Shown: positions 1-12,415 of the stretch, piece by piece | How positions within the stretch are numbered: the first letter of the stretch is position 1 | Layout of the letters: each line of letters opens with the position of its first letter | Assembly: GCF_004010195.1 (NCBI RefSeq) | Contig: NC_057719.1 | Coordinates: 11,910,002 to 11,974,001, forward strand | Origin: Chiloscyllium plagiosum | Lineage: Eukaryota | Direction: 5' to 3' | Length of the DNA stretch: 64,000 nucleotides | Translations under genes and position numbers: made by a program | Notes under the pieces: generated by a model | Database searches by the model: none | The model's input: the letters and a program-made list of their open reading frames with translations, nothing else | What the model was told of the DNA's origin: nothing

Positions 1-279
1 TCCACCAAGTGTGGATGTTAAAATAAAAGCAGTGTTGTCACATCAAGGTTTCTGAATCCATACTATGCTGGGGAGAAAAAAAAACTACTTGTTTTATTGG
101 ATGCCAGAAAGTAATCCATTTAGGAAAAATATAAATTCTATGGTGCTAAAGACATTGATGAACTGATATACACTACCCCTACAATTGATACAGCTCAAAT
201 GCAATAAGGCACCTCAAGGAAGAAAATAGTTTTGCATTTGTATAGCATTTTCACATCCACAGGAACTCCCAAAACATGG

Positions 280-480
280 AGGTAGTGGTGTGCTGCTGAT
301 GACACTGGCCTTGTAACCCAGAGCCCCAGCCTAATGGTCAGGGTTGAAATGACGGATTCAAATCTCATCATGACAAATTGTTAAAATCTGAATTCAATAA
401 AAATCTGAAATAAAAAAAGCCACCCTAATGGTGACCATGTGACCACTGTCAATTGTTGTAAAAATTAATCAACTTTTTCC
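280..480 (+). mobile_element. SINE-like repeat, unclassified family
   Basis: Similar to 22505-22750, 29480-29960 and 61440-61580 (ttcaaatc..gaattcaataaaaa..tgaccatg). Confidence 0.55.
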
Positions 481-1229
481 TAATTTCAATACTTTTTTTT
501 AAGCATCAAGGAGTATGGGGAGAAAGTAAAAATATGGCATTGAGATAGAGGAACAATTTTAAATGTCAAATGGCAGAGCAAGCTTGAAGGACCAAATGGC
601 CTAATCCTGCTTCTAGCTTCTATAACCAATAAAAGAATTTAGAGGAGTTACTTGCTTAAGGTGGAAAAATGCTACATCTGCTTTTTCACAGTCGCAAACT
701 TGAACAAGTCAAATGACTGGATAAATAAGTTTTTCCTCAACGATATTGTTAGAGATAAATTTTAGTCTGGATCCTGGGGTGGAAAAAGGAGGGCTCCCCT
801 TCAATAGATCCATCTGCAAAGGCAGACCGGGCCCTAGCAGTTCATTATATTTCATCATAACTGAGAAGGCAAGGTTCCTCTGACAGTGCAGCACTCCTGT
901 GGTAATACACTGGGAACATGAACTAAAATCAGTTGTTCCACATGCAAAAGATCCCACAGACCACCAATCCATTCACTTTCACTTCTCACCATAATAACAA
1001 TGTCAGGATTAATGGAAAAAAATTGATGAGGCATCAATAAGGTGATGGCTGGTTCCAAGCTGATGGAGTCTCATGTCAGGCAACTTTGGATTTTCAACAC
1101 TGGGCCACAAATTATCTGTACACTGGAGCAAATAACATGAATCTTGCCAAGAACCAACTATTGCAATGCCACTCGCATTAAGGACAACTCGCACTGCAGA
1201 CACAGGAGCCAAAAACTGGATCTGCAACA

Positions 1230-1450
1230 TCCACTGCAACTGGAGGACCACCAGCTCGGTAAAATATGCTCTTTGATCGACCTGAAGCTTGGTGATCTTC
1301 TAGGGTAAACCATGAGTGAGTGTTGGAAATTTGCACATTCCAAGGTCCAGGACCATGTTTTGAGGGATGCACAAAAGCTTGGAGTAACCACTGCCAAGGC
1401 TGCATGGGGAAAGACCACTATCAGAGGCCTTTCTGCTATAATGTACCAAA
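1230..1450 (+). mobile_element. Tx1/L1-type LINE 3' remnant
   Basis: Decayed WRTTSSVKYAL..ECWKFAHSKVQDHVLRDAQKLGVTTAKAAWGKTT resembles the C-terminus of shark Tx1-like ORF2, from recall. Confidence 0.55.
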
Positions 1451-1635
1451 GGAGTATAGTAGCCTTTGTTGCATGCATTGAAATGGACATAGCTTCTGGA
1501 CATAAACGGTTTCACTTTGCAATTGGATGGAGGCACTGAAGATGCACTGTTCAAATTAGAAATGTGACACAAGTACTTTTAAAATAAAATAATTTACTCT
1601 CACATATACTTTTATATGACAAATACAGTGGGCAG

Positions 1636-3392
1636 CGCTGAAAATGTGTTACTGGAAAAGCACAGCAGGTCAGGCAGCATCCAAGGAACAGGAGAATCGA
1701 CGTTTCGGGCATAAGCCCTTCTTCAGGAATGAGGAAAGTGTGTCCAGCAGGCTAAGATAAAAGGTAGGGAGGAGGGACTTGGGGAAGGTGGAGGGAGGTC
1801 AAGGTGAGGGCGATAGGCCGGAGTGGGGTGGGGGCGGAGAGGTCAGGAAGAAGATTGCAGGTTAGGAAGGCGGTGCTGTGTTCGAGGGATTTGACTGAGA
1901 GAAGGTGGGGGGAGGGGAAATGAGGAAACTGGAGAAATGAGGAAATTGGAGAAATTGGAGTTCATCCCTTGTGGTTAGAGGGTTCCCAGGCGGAAGATGA
2001 GGCGCTCTTCCTCCAACTGTCGTGTTGCCATAGTCTGGCGATGGAGGAGTCCAAGGACCTGCATGTGGGAGGGGGAGTTAAAGTGTTGGGCGACGGGGTG
2101 GTTGGGTTAGTTGGTCCGGGTGGCCCCGAGGTGTTCTCTGAAACGTTCCGCAAGTAGGCGGCCTGTCTCCCCAATATAGAGGAGGCCACATCGGGTGCAG
2201 CGGATGCAATAGATGATGTGTGTGGAGGTGCAGGTGAATTTGTGGTGGATATAGAAGTGTCCCTTGGGGCCTTGGAGGGAAGTAAGGGGGGAGGTGTGGG
2301 CGCAAGTTTTGCATTTCTTGCGGTTGCAGGGGTAGGTGCCGGGAGTGGAGGTTGGGTTGCTCCCCCGCCCTTGAGCCCCGCCCCTCCAACCGCCACCAGG
2401 ACAGAACCCCACTGGTCCTCACCTACCACCTCACCAACCTCCATATACAGCGTATCATCCNNNNNNNNNNNNNNNNNNNNNNNNNNNNNNNNNNNNNNNN
2501 NNNNNNNNNNNNNNNNNNNNNNNNNNNNNNNNNNNNNNNNNNNNNNNNNNNNNNNNNNNNNNNNNNNNNNNNNNNNNNNNNNNNNNNNNNNNNNNNNNNN
2601 NNNNNNNNNNNNNNNNNNNNNNNNNNNNNNNNNNNNNNNNNNNNNNNNNNNNNNNNNNNNNNNNNNNNNNNNNNNNNNNNNNNNNNNNNNNNNNNNNNNN
2701 NNNNNNNNNNNNNNNNNNNNNNNNNNNNNNNNNNNNNNNNNNNNNNNNNNNNNNNNNNNNNNNNNNNNNNNNNNNNNNNNNNNNNNNNNNNNNNNNNNNN
2801 NNNNNNNNNNNNNNNNNNNNNNNNNNNNNNNNNNNNNNNNNNNNNNNNNNNNNNNNNNNNNNNNNNNNNNNNNNNNNNNNNNNNNNNNNNNNNNNNNNNN
2901 NNNNNNNNNNNNNNNNNNNNNNNNNNNNNNNNNNNNNNNNNNNNNNNNNNNNNNNNNNNNNNNNNNNNNNNNNNNNNNNNNNNNNNNNNNNNNNNNNNNN
3001 NNNNNNNNNNNNNNNNNNNNNNNNNNNNNNNNNNNNNNNNNNNNNNNNNNNNNNNNNNNNNNNNNNNNNNNNNNNNNNNNNNNNNNNNNNNNNNNNNNNN
3101 NNNNNNNNNNNNNNNNNNNNNNNNNNNNNNNNNNNNNNNNNNNNNNNNNNNNNNNNNNNNNTGTGGGAGTCGGTTGGTTTATAGTAAATGTCCGTGTTGA
3201 TTCGGTCGCTCGAGATGAAATGGAAAGGTCTAGGAAGGGGAGGGAGGAGTCTGAGACGGTCCAGGTGAATTTGAGGTCAGGGTGGAAGGTGTTGGTAAAG
3301 TGGATGAACTGTTCAACCTCCTCGTGGGAGCACGAGGCAGCGCCGATACAGTCATCGATGTAGCGGAGGAAAAGGTGGGGGGTCGTGCAGTG
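1636..3392 (-). mobile_element. Penelope-like retroelement (RT plus GIY-YIG endonuclease), spanning a gap
   Basis: LRYIDDCIGAASCSHEEVEQFIHFTNTFHPDLKFTW at 3.25-3.37 kb; CNRKKCKTC...IIYCIRCTRCGLLYIGETGRLLAERFREH at 2.1-2.35 kb; hammerhead-like terminus at 1695-1730. Confidence 0.9.
2461..3161. other. Assembly gap (N run)
   Basis: Run of N. Confidence 1.
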
Positions 3393-4459
3393 GGCAGATG
3401 AGCTCCTGGGTCAACCTTCCACTCCACTGCTACCTTGAAAATTTATTGAATTTTCCATATGTCTGACTTGAACCATTTTGCAATGTATTTTACATTAAAG
3501 AATATTTTTGCAAAAATGAACAGAGGAGTGATTGCCCATTTCCTCATAGGGGCTTGGCATTGTGCAATTTAAATTTAGGACAAGCCCCCGGCTTAGCTGT
3601 AGGAGCCTTGTGGACCACAATTCCAGAACTATTGGCCTAGATTATGCACTGAAGATGACTCTGATTTGGGGCTCAAATCTACAAGTTGAGCAAAAGCAGA
3701 CAAATTGTTCTGGATGTGGTGACAGACAACTTCCGGTCTGCAGCTGGGCAGCAAAGTCTGTGTTCAGCCTCGAGGTATTTAGTGGATCTCTCAAATACAG
3801 GGGATGCTCCAAATAATTAGCTGATGAGTGTTCACTGAATATAAAAGCATGCAGGCTCTTAGAGCCAGACAGATGCCGAACAGTAACACTGCATGAAATA
3901 ATAATTTAAAAGAAACTGCAAAGCTGCATCTTTAAAGCACATGTAGTCAGTCCTGACAATGACCTGCTGAAACAGTTTTGAGGAATAATGTGGAAAATAG
4001 CACTGTTTTATGAATCACTCAACTTTATTGCGAAACATTGCACTTTGTACACCTCAATCAAGTCACCCCTAAACCTTCTTTTCTCTAGTGAAAACAGCAG
4101 TTTTGAGGAATAATGTGGAAAATAGCACTGTTTTATGAATCACTCAACTTTATTGCGAAACATTGCACTCAGTGATGCAATGTAAATTGTTAGAGAAAAG
4201 ATGAAAGAGCTCAGGAGATTAATTGCATACAAATGTTTGCAAAGTATTATCAGCTGGTCGAGGGGCCAGGACAGTTTCGACATGCAAACACATACACACA
4301 AATATGCAGAAATTAAACAAACAGAAGATTAACGTGGTTTCACAAATTGAACTGGAGAAAGCTTGGACAGAGATATTCCACTTCTTGTAACAGAATATTT
4401 CATTCTTGTTGAATGCCCAATGCTGAGAAAATTAAATAGAAAACAGCTGTTAATTCACT

Positions 4460-4830
4460 TAGAGTCAGAGTCACACAGGACAGAAGCAGACCCTTCAGTC
4501 TAACCAGTCCATGCTGACCATAATTCCAAGCTAAACTAGTCCCACTTGCCTGCACTTAGCCTACAACACTCAAAACATTTCTTATTTATGTACAAATCCA
4601 AATGTGTTTTAAACATTGTAACTGTACCTGCATCAACCACTTCCTCTGGAAGTTCATTCCACATACAAACTGCTCTCCATATAAAAATATTGCCCCTCAC
4701 CTTTTTCAAATCTTTTTTCTCTCACCTTAAGAATATGCTTCCTAGTCTTGAAATCCCCCAGCTGAGGGAAAAGGCACCTGCCATTCACTTTATCAATGCC
4801 CCATATTATTTAATAATCTCCTACCGAAGG
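4460..4830 (-). mobile_element. CR1 LINE 3' fragment
   Basis: Similar to the CR1 tails at 8880 and 24853. Confidence 0.7.
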
Positions 4831-5504
4831 TGATGGCTCAGTCCAGGATGGCCATAATCACTTGGTGACCCCCAAAGACATTAGTGTGTGATGCTACAGA
4901 CGGAAGCAGCAGGTTACTATTCCAGCCAACTCTGGCTATATCAGTCCCCAATGAACAAAGAAAATGACCTGCTCCTGTATCACTTCCGCCAGCTCGACCA
5001 ATAAATTGCAACAATTCCAATTATAAAAGGAAGCCAGACACAAGGTCATAAGACAATGGAATAGGAGTAGGAGTAGAAGTAGGTCCTTCAGCCCAAAGTC
5101 TACTGAACCATTCAACGAGATCGCAGCTGATCTGATAATTCTCAACACTACTTTCCCGTCTTTTTCCAAAATCTGATTCCTTTATTGATTAAAAAGATTT
5201 CTCAGTCTTTAACATACTTAAAGGCCCAACTTCAACAGCCCTCTGTGGCAAAAAATTCCATAGATTATAAATCTCAGAAGAAATTCTGTTTTAAATGTAT
5301 AACCTCTTACTCAGATTATAGCGTCTGGTTCTAAACTCTTCCCCCGTGGGGGAATCACCTATCCACAATTACCCAGTCAAATTCCCCAAGATTCTTATAC
5401 GCGTTTCAAGAAGGTGGCCTGATTCCTCTAAACTCCATTGAGTAGAGGCTCAAACTAATCTATGAAAATAATGAGAAGAAACATGGTCTTAAAATTCAGC
5501 ATGT

Positions 5505-5850
5505 AATATCTACAACATATTACAGAAACTCAAAGATCCTTAGAAAGCACCTTCCAGACCCACAACCACTTCCATCTAGAAAGACAAGGTCAGCAGATAC
5601 ATGGGAACACCACCAACTGAAAAGTTTCCATCCAAGCTATTCAGCATCTTTACTTGGAAATATGTTGCCGTTCCTTCACTTCTGCTGGGTCAAAATCCTG
5701 GAATTCCCTCCCTAATAGCAATGTTGGTCTACCTACGGCACGTGGACTGCAGCAAAACAATGCAGCAGCTCACCACCAGCTTTTCAAGGGCAACTAGGGA
5801 TGCGCAAGAAATGCTGGCCCCAGCAGTGACACCATATCCCACAAGTGAAT
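5505..5850 (+). mobile_element. LINE 3'-tail repeat (CR1/L2-like)
   Basis: Similar to 12950-13070 and 32740-33070 (atctacaagat..cactgcag..caccttcca). Confidence 0.55.
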
Positions 5851-8289
5851 AAAAATTGAGTTACAGTTGCTTGAAATGCTTGTTGGCTGAATTCAACTAT
5901 GTTCAAATGATTTGTGTGCCTTGTAATAATGATTCAAAATGAATTTTAAAAATATCAGTGATACTACAGACAATCTCAAAGCAACAACTGCAAACTTTCC
6001 AGTAACTTCAAAAACATTTTCTGCTGATATTCATTGAATATCATGAATGTTTTGATGTAAAGAAAAACAAGCAAAGCAGATGCCAATAACTGATCCATGT
6101 TTTGACGGCTGGCAACTGTTAAAAAGGCTGAAGTATATATAACTGTGATCTGAAGGGAAAGTTTTAGCGAAATATAAACAGTGAAGGCTGCAAACAATAA
6201 ACAGTTCTGGCAGCGCTTATGCAAAGGGAAACAATTAACATTGAGATTAATGACCTTTGGTCAGATCTGGAGAAATGACCAGTTTTAAAATGAGCCAAAT
6301 AAGTGGGAGAAAGAAAGAACAAAAGGGAAAAGGTCAGTGGAAAGCAAGTGTAGTTCTGTGACAAAAGGGTGACAGCATAATCCAGACAAAAGGAAGCACT
6401 GCAAATACAGACAAAAAAAGTGGATGCTGAGGAAGCACTAATGGTTACAGAAGGACCAACACCACCTCCTGCAGTCAGAAACAATGAGACCAATGGTTAT
6501 TAGCGATCAGTAACCTAGACTTTGGGGATTACAGGCTATGAGGGAGCAATGGCTGCTGTAGAGCTCAAACTGCTTTCTGACAGCTACAAGTCCCTTTCTT
6601 TGTTGAAAAGCACTGCTTAATGGACTGCTCGCTGCAGCCCGATTCCATGTGGAAGTCAAATTATCATCATCACTACATCCCACTGACACAGCTTCCATCT
6701 TACTGGATTCATTCTTTCAAATAAATCCTAAACTACCCATTTGTTGGACTTATTACACACACAAAGAAAAAAAAGCTTTGCAGACCAGATTAAGAATAGC
6801 ATCCTCTAAACCTTTTACAATTAACTTATGGTTAACATTGAGTTGTTGAAATCACAATCACTAATTTGTTTTTGCACTTTCCTTACCCATTTGCTCTTCC
6901 ATCTCCAACTGATTGTCCATATAGTGCATACTATACAAACAATGGCATACTTCCAGTGTTTTTGTTTCTCAGTTAAACTTGCACGGTTTCATTTGATACG
7001 CCTTCCAGTAAATCATTCACAGCTGTGATGGCTCCTATAACCAACACTGCAACACATACTTTTACAAAATAAACCCATCTTTGATTGAAAACACATTAAC
7101 CGGGGACATTGAGTTCCCATACCTGTCATTCTTTAAGTGATGTTTCAGTAACAGCTATGACATTACTTTAAGTATCTGCCTGTGTCCACAACTCAGATTT
7201 ATTCAGAGTCCATGCTTTAAGTATATACTGTATCATGAATCACTCAATTTCCTCTTCCACCTGCTTTTCTTTATCTTCCATTCTTGATAATTTTATCAAC
7301 TGTGTTTTCCAAATTCTATATCCATGCTGTATACAAGGCGAAGGCAGGACCAATAAACCTCCCAAAGTATTAGTCCCAACCCTATTGAGGTGCAACCTGT
7401 TCAACTGGTAAAGGTCTCAGATCCCCCAAAATCTGTCTTAATGCTTCAACATTTAAAGGCTTCTAGTTGCATTATCCCTTCATCCAGCTGCAATATTCTC
7501 CTACTTTCGTGCACATTCTTGTATGACACTTCAAGTAACCTTCAGATTATAACTGGAACGTTTCAGGGAGAGATGGGGGTAGGGAAAGAGAGAAGGTGGG
7601 GGAGGGAGAGGGAGACTTTAATGTGCCAATACTGTGTGAGAGCTGTCTCGCAAACTTGTCAAACAACAGCTAGATATTGTCATAATGCAAGACTCCAATA
7701 ATATGACAATGTCCTAGACACCACCATCCCATCCCACTGCTAGGACAGATGCAGCATAGGTGGTCAGGAAGGAATTGCCTTGGGAGTTCTCAACATAGAC
7801 CCTGGATCCCATGAAGTCTCATGGCATCAAGTCAAACATTGGCAAGGAAACCTCCTGCTAATTATCATACTGACCCCCTTCCACATTTCTGCCCCTCAAC
7901 TAAATGAATTCAGATCATTGCCTCCTTGTGGTAAAAATTAAACTGAAAATATCACAAAAAGAGAGATGCGCAAGAGAAGCATTCACTCAAGTAAAAAAAA
8001 TATAGATTCCTCAATCCTGAGAAATTCTCAAAACAATAAAAAGCAAATTCAAATACAATATGCTGCAAAGGAAACCTGACCTAAAATGGAAAAGAAAGTG
8101 AGTGTCACAATCACGAGAGAAAAAGGGGGAAAAAAGAAACAAAACAGATGAGAATGTGGTAAAATTAAAAATACATTCGGACAGGTTAAAGAGAAATGGT
8201 CTGATAAGACATGAAGTCATTGACGATGGAAACAAATTCCAAAATGATCCAATGCACAGAAGGTGAAAGGTGGGACAGATAGAAAGATC

Positions 8290-10220
8290 ATTGATCTGAA
8301 TTCATCTAATTGAGGGGGAGCTCAGGGGTGTATAATAACCAAAGATGGAAAAACAAACTGCCTTGAAAGACTGCAGCTGCAAAAGACGGACTGATTTTGT
8401 GATTGCACTATAATCCAAATAACAGGATTCCTTAAGATATGAAGACTAGCAATGGGCAAAATGTTAGGTCAAAGGTAATCAATGTTTTGAAACTGACAGT
8501 CCAATTCTGGAAAAGTTCCAGACATCTATGATGCAATAATAAAACATCTAAAAACCCATGGAGAAATAGAATTAACATGGGTAAACTAAATATAGTAAAA
8601 CCACATTTGATATACTTGAGATATTCACTTATCTAAGGAACCTACAGCAATGGAGGGCAATAATTTTAGAATAACAAAATAAGAGAGTCATCTTGGAGAC
8701 CATAACAGAAAGAAATATAGACATCTGAGGCAGAGATTAGGGAAACAGAGTCTGAATTTAGACCCAGAGTAGGAACAGGCGATGAAATACATAACAGAAG
8801 AAGCCTCTTCAGTAAACATCTAGAAGTAAACAAGAACATTTACATAGACCAGGGAAAGTGATTTTTTTTTTTTAATAAAGTGTCATACAGCATGAAAGCA
8901 GTTGCTTCAGTCCAAGCCGAACAATTCCACATTAAACCAGGCTGCTCCTGGTCTGTATCCCTCCAAACATTTCTCATTCATGTACTTATCTGACTGTCTT
9001 TTAAACTTAACTGCTAGCACATCCATTACTTCCTCTGGAAGTTCATTCTACATGCAAACCACCCTGCGTAAAATATTTGCTCATGTCTTTTTGTAAATCG
9101 CTCCTCTCAACTTATATCTGACCCCTTGTCTTGAAAACACCATCCCAAGAGGGGGGGGGGACGGGGGGGGGACATATCCCTCATGATTTTATAAACCTCT
9201 ATAGGGTCACCTCTCAATCTCCTACACTGCAGCTAAAATAGTGTTGTCTATGCAGCCTTTTATAACTCAAACCTTTGCACCTGGTGACATCCTGGCAAAT
9301 CTTTTCTGACCCCTCTTTATAGCTTAATAATATCCTTCCTACAAAATGTTACGACCAGAACTAAACAGTATTCCAGTAGAGGTCTCACCAACCTCAACAT
9401 GACTTTCCAACTCCTTTACTCAAACTGCTGAACAATGAAGGCAATGAAGGCACCTTTTTAACCACCCTGTCTATGCGTGATGCAAACTTCTAAAAATTAT
9501 GTACCTGAACTGTAAGTCCCTCTGTTCTAGTCAAGAGCCTACCCCTAATTGCATAAGTCCAGCCCCTGTTTGTAGTACAACACCTCAAATTTTCACCCAA
9601 AGTTAATAGACATGTTATTGAAATTGACATTGAGGGTAGAGAGGAGATTTATCCAAAGCCAAAATTGGAACCAAAGACCAAGTATCTGACTAGATGGACA
9701 AATTACATATGTTTCAAGTGAAGAGTGTACAAAGAGTATAAGAGTCATCAAAATTATTCAATATGTACACAGAGCGATTCAGAAAATCAGCTGTACATCC
9801 AGGGGTAAAAATGGAGGAAAGAACATAAATTTATGGTACACTGATGGGACAGTGCTATTTGCAGAATCAGAAGAAAGCCTAAATAAAATGCCACAGATCA
9901 TATAACACCTTACTGTTCACACTTCAATCCTAACTTTATCATTTAGAGTATCGATTTAAGTAGGTGGTGTCACACTGGAACAAGACAAGTTGATTTAGTA
10001 CAAATGATAATAGAAGACCATAGATGTGACACAGAAGCTACAAGAGATAATGAGAAGTAATTCTGTCAAGGTGCTTCTGTGTAAAAAGAAAGCTTAAGTT
10101 ATAACAAGTTAAAGATACTACACTAAATTTTATCTGCCTCACAAACCTGGACAAATAAGATCTATGGAATAAAAGCCTTTGAAATGTGGGTGCCAAGAGT
10201 ATACTAAAAATTCGATATTC
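8290..10220 (+). mobile_element. Ancient RTE-like LINE remnant, interrupted by a CR1 fragment
   Basis: YTDGTVLFAESEESL from 9837 (decayed YADD motif) and IKAFEMW at 10169-10189; boundaries approximate. Confidence 0.55.
8880..9590 (-). mobile_element. CR1 LINE 3' fragment
   Basis: Similar to 24853-25560. Confidence 0.75.
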
Positions 10221-10769
10221 AAATTGTAACTATCCTTTCATCTTTCCGTTGTTTTGATTGCGAACTGAAAATGGAAAATAATGGTTTAAAAACAGAATTT
10301 AAGAATTAATTTAAAAAAAAAATAACCAACACACCACTCATTCTAAGTACTGTTTACATAGCCAATTGTTCTAGTAGAGGAAACCTATTTTGCAGACATG
10401 TTAGAACCAAGGGCTGTGGACAAATGCAACTTTGGCTGGCAACAAGACTAGTGACCAGTTATTGATGACTCCCAGGTAGCTGAACAGCTTGGGGATGTGA
10501 ATTTTTTTTGGCAGAAACCACCAGATGTCTGGAAAAGGAGGAGGAGTTGCTTTTAACTGTACAGCAAAAACAACTAAAGCTGAAGATAGCCAGTTTCACA
10601 TTTCCCTCGCCTCAGTAGTTGCTGCAAGCTGTGGCTCCTCAACAATAAGCCAGAAATTCTAAGTGTGAACCAGCCACCTTGTGTCTTCTACAAGTAAAAG
10701 TATCTCGAGAACATTCAAGGACCAACATGTCTGACAAGCGAAAATAACCCCCAGTACACTATGAAAAGA

Positions 10770-11071
10770 CGGCACAGTGGTTAGCACTGCTGCCTCTCAG
10801 CGCCAGAGACCCAGGTTCAATTCCTGCCTTCAGGCAACTGTCTGTGTGGAGTTTGCACATTCTCCCCGTGTCTGCGTGGGTTTCCTCCGGGTGCTCCGGT
10901 TTCCTCCCACAGTCCAAAGATGTGCAGGTTAGGTGAATTGGCCACGCTAAATTGCCCGTAGTGTTAGGTGAAGGGGTAAGTGTAGGAGAACGGGTCTGGG
11001 TGGGTTACTCGGAGGGTTGGTGTGGACTGGTTGGGCCGAAGGGCCTGTTTCCACCCTGTAGGGAATCTAAT
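10770..11071 (+). mobile_element. HE1-type tRNA-derived V-SINE
   Basis: A/B-box-like head, V-domain TGTGTGGAGTTTGCACATTCTCCCCGTGTCTGCGTGGGTTTCCTCCGG, tail ending GAATCTAAT. Confidence 0.9.
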
Positions 11072-11090
11072 ATATCAAGCAGCCTTGCAA

Positions 11091-11364
11091 AAGTGTGGAC
11101 TGCAGATGCTGGAGATAAGAGTCAAGATTAGAGTGGCACTAGTAAAGCACAGCAGGTCAGGCAGCAATCAGAGGAGCAGGAAAATCAACGTTTCGGGCAA
11201 ACGCCCTTCGTCAGGAAGGACTGAAATGCTAACTGAAATGGGAAAACAATAATTAAAAAAAATAATAATTAACCTTCCTGATGAAGGGCTTCTGCCTGAA
11301 ACATCTATTTTCCTGCTCCTTGGATGCTGCCTGACCTGCTGCGCTTTCCCAGCACCACTCTAAT
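11091..11364. mobile_element. Fold-back Penelope-terminus derivative
   Basis: Inverted arms about 11128-11219 and 11273-11364, homologous to the terminus at 1636-1730. Confidence 0.8.
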
Positions 11365-11604
11365 GCTATCAGCTTTCCCAGTCTTTTCCTCTGTCCATGA
11401 CACTTTTTTTTTCCTCAGTTTGTGTCTATATAGAGGGGGAGTATTGAAAAGGCATCATATTTTAACCAGTAGATTTATATGTCAAAGGTTCATAATTATT
11501 TAACTGTAGCTAGACTCTACTCACTTCAATAAAATGTCATTCTTATTAAGTACAGAAATTTTCTGGATGCTTTGTGAACTTGGATCTAAAAGACAGGTAA
11601 ATAA

Positions 11605-12415
11605 GGGACCCCATTCCCCTCCTCTTCCTGGAGAGCATTCAGGAAGAACCATTCCCTCCGGGACACCTCCACTCTTTCTCCATTCTGCTAACGAATGCAA
11701 TCACAGGTGTGATAGCTAACCATTTACTGCCTGCCTCCTCACCATTCAAAGCCCCAGAAACAGCATCTAGATGAAACTATGTTCATGGTGCGGTCTCCTC
11801 TCCACTTGGGAGAAGAACAGACTGGGTGACCTTTTTGCAAAACACAGCAAAAATGACCTGAGCTTCTAGTTGTCACCATTTCATTATACCACCATGCCCC
11901 TTGGCCAACATTTCTGTCACAGGGCGGATGCAGTGCTCCAACGAGCCTTGGTGCAAGCTTGAACATGTTTTCCACTTGGGGACCTTGCAGTCTTTCAGAT
12001 TCAAAATATAGGTCAATAACTGGAACCTGATTCCATCCTTCCAAGTTTTTTTTAAACCTACACACACCCAGTCCTGTGATGACATGGGGTTGCTTTTAGC
12101 ACAGTCACCCATTCTCAAGTACGCCATTATCACATTACATGGTTTGCATTTAGTACAGCTCACCCATTTTCTCTCACTTTTAGCTCATCACTTATTCAAC
12201 CTTTTCTTCTGTCCTGGCCTGCTATCTGAAATCTCCTCCTTTACATGCCTCTTTCATCGCTCCCTGGTCTCCATCTCCACTTATCTGCTCACACACCACC
12301 ACCTCTCATATCAGCTTCAACATAAATACCACTTTTCCTAGCTGCCAACAGGTCTGAAGAGTCACCAGACTCAAATGTTAACTCTGCTCTCTCCAAGGAT
12401 GCTACCAGATCCATG
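11605..12415 (+). mobile_element. Degenerate Penelope-like 3' portion
   Basis: Decayed GIY-YIG region similar to the reverse complement of 1960-2350; decayed hammerhead-like end near 12352. Confidence 0.65.

Noticed and set aside
709..1251. Overlapping short minus-strand ORFs
   Set aside because: No recognisable domain or convincing splice sites; overlaps a LINE remnant at its edge
2218..3363. 381-aa and 282-aa ORFs
   Set aside because: Mostly X from the N gap; the flanks are Penelope sequence
10770..10840. tRNA-like sequence with A and B boxes
   Set aside because: Head of an HE1 SINE, not a tRNA gene; the same applies to the other copies
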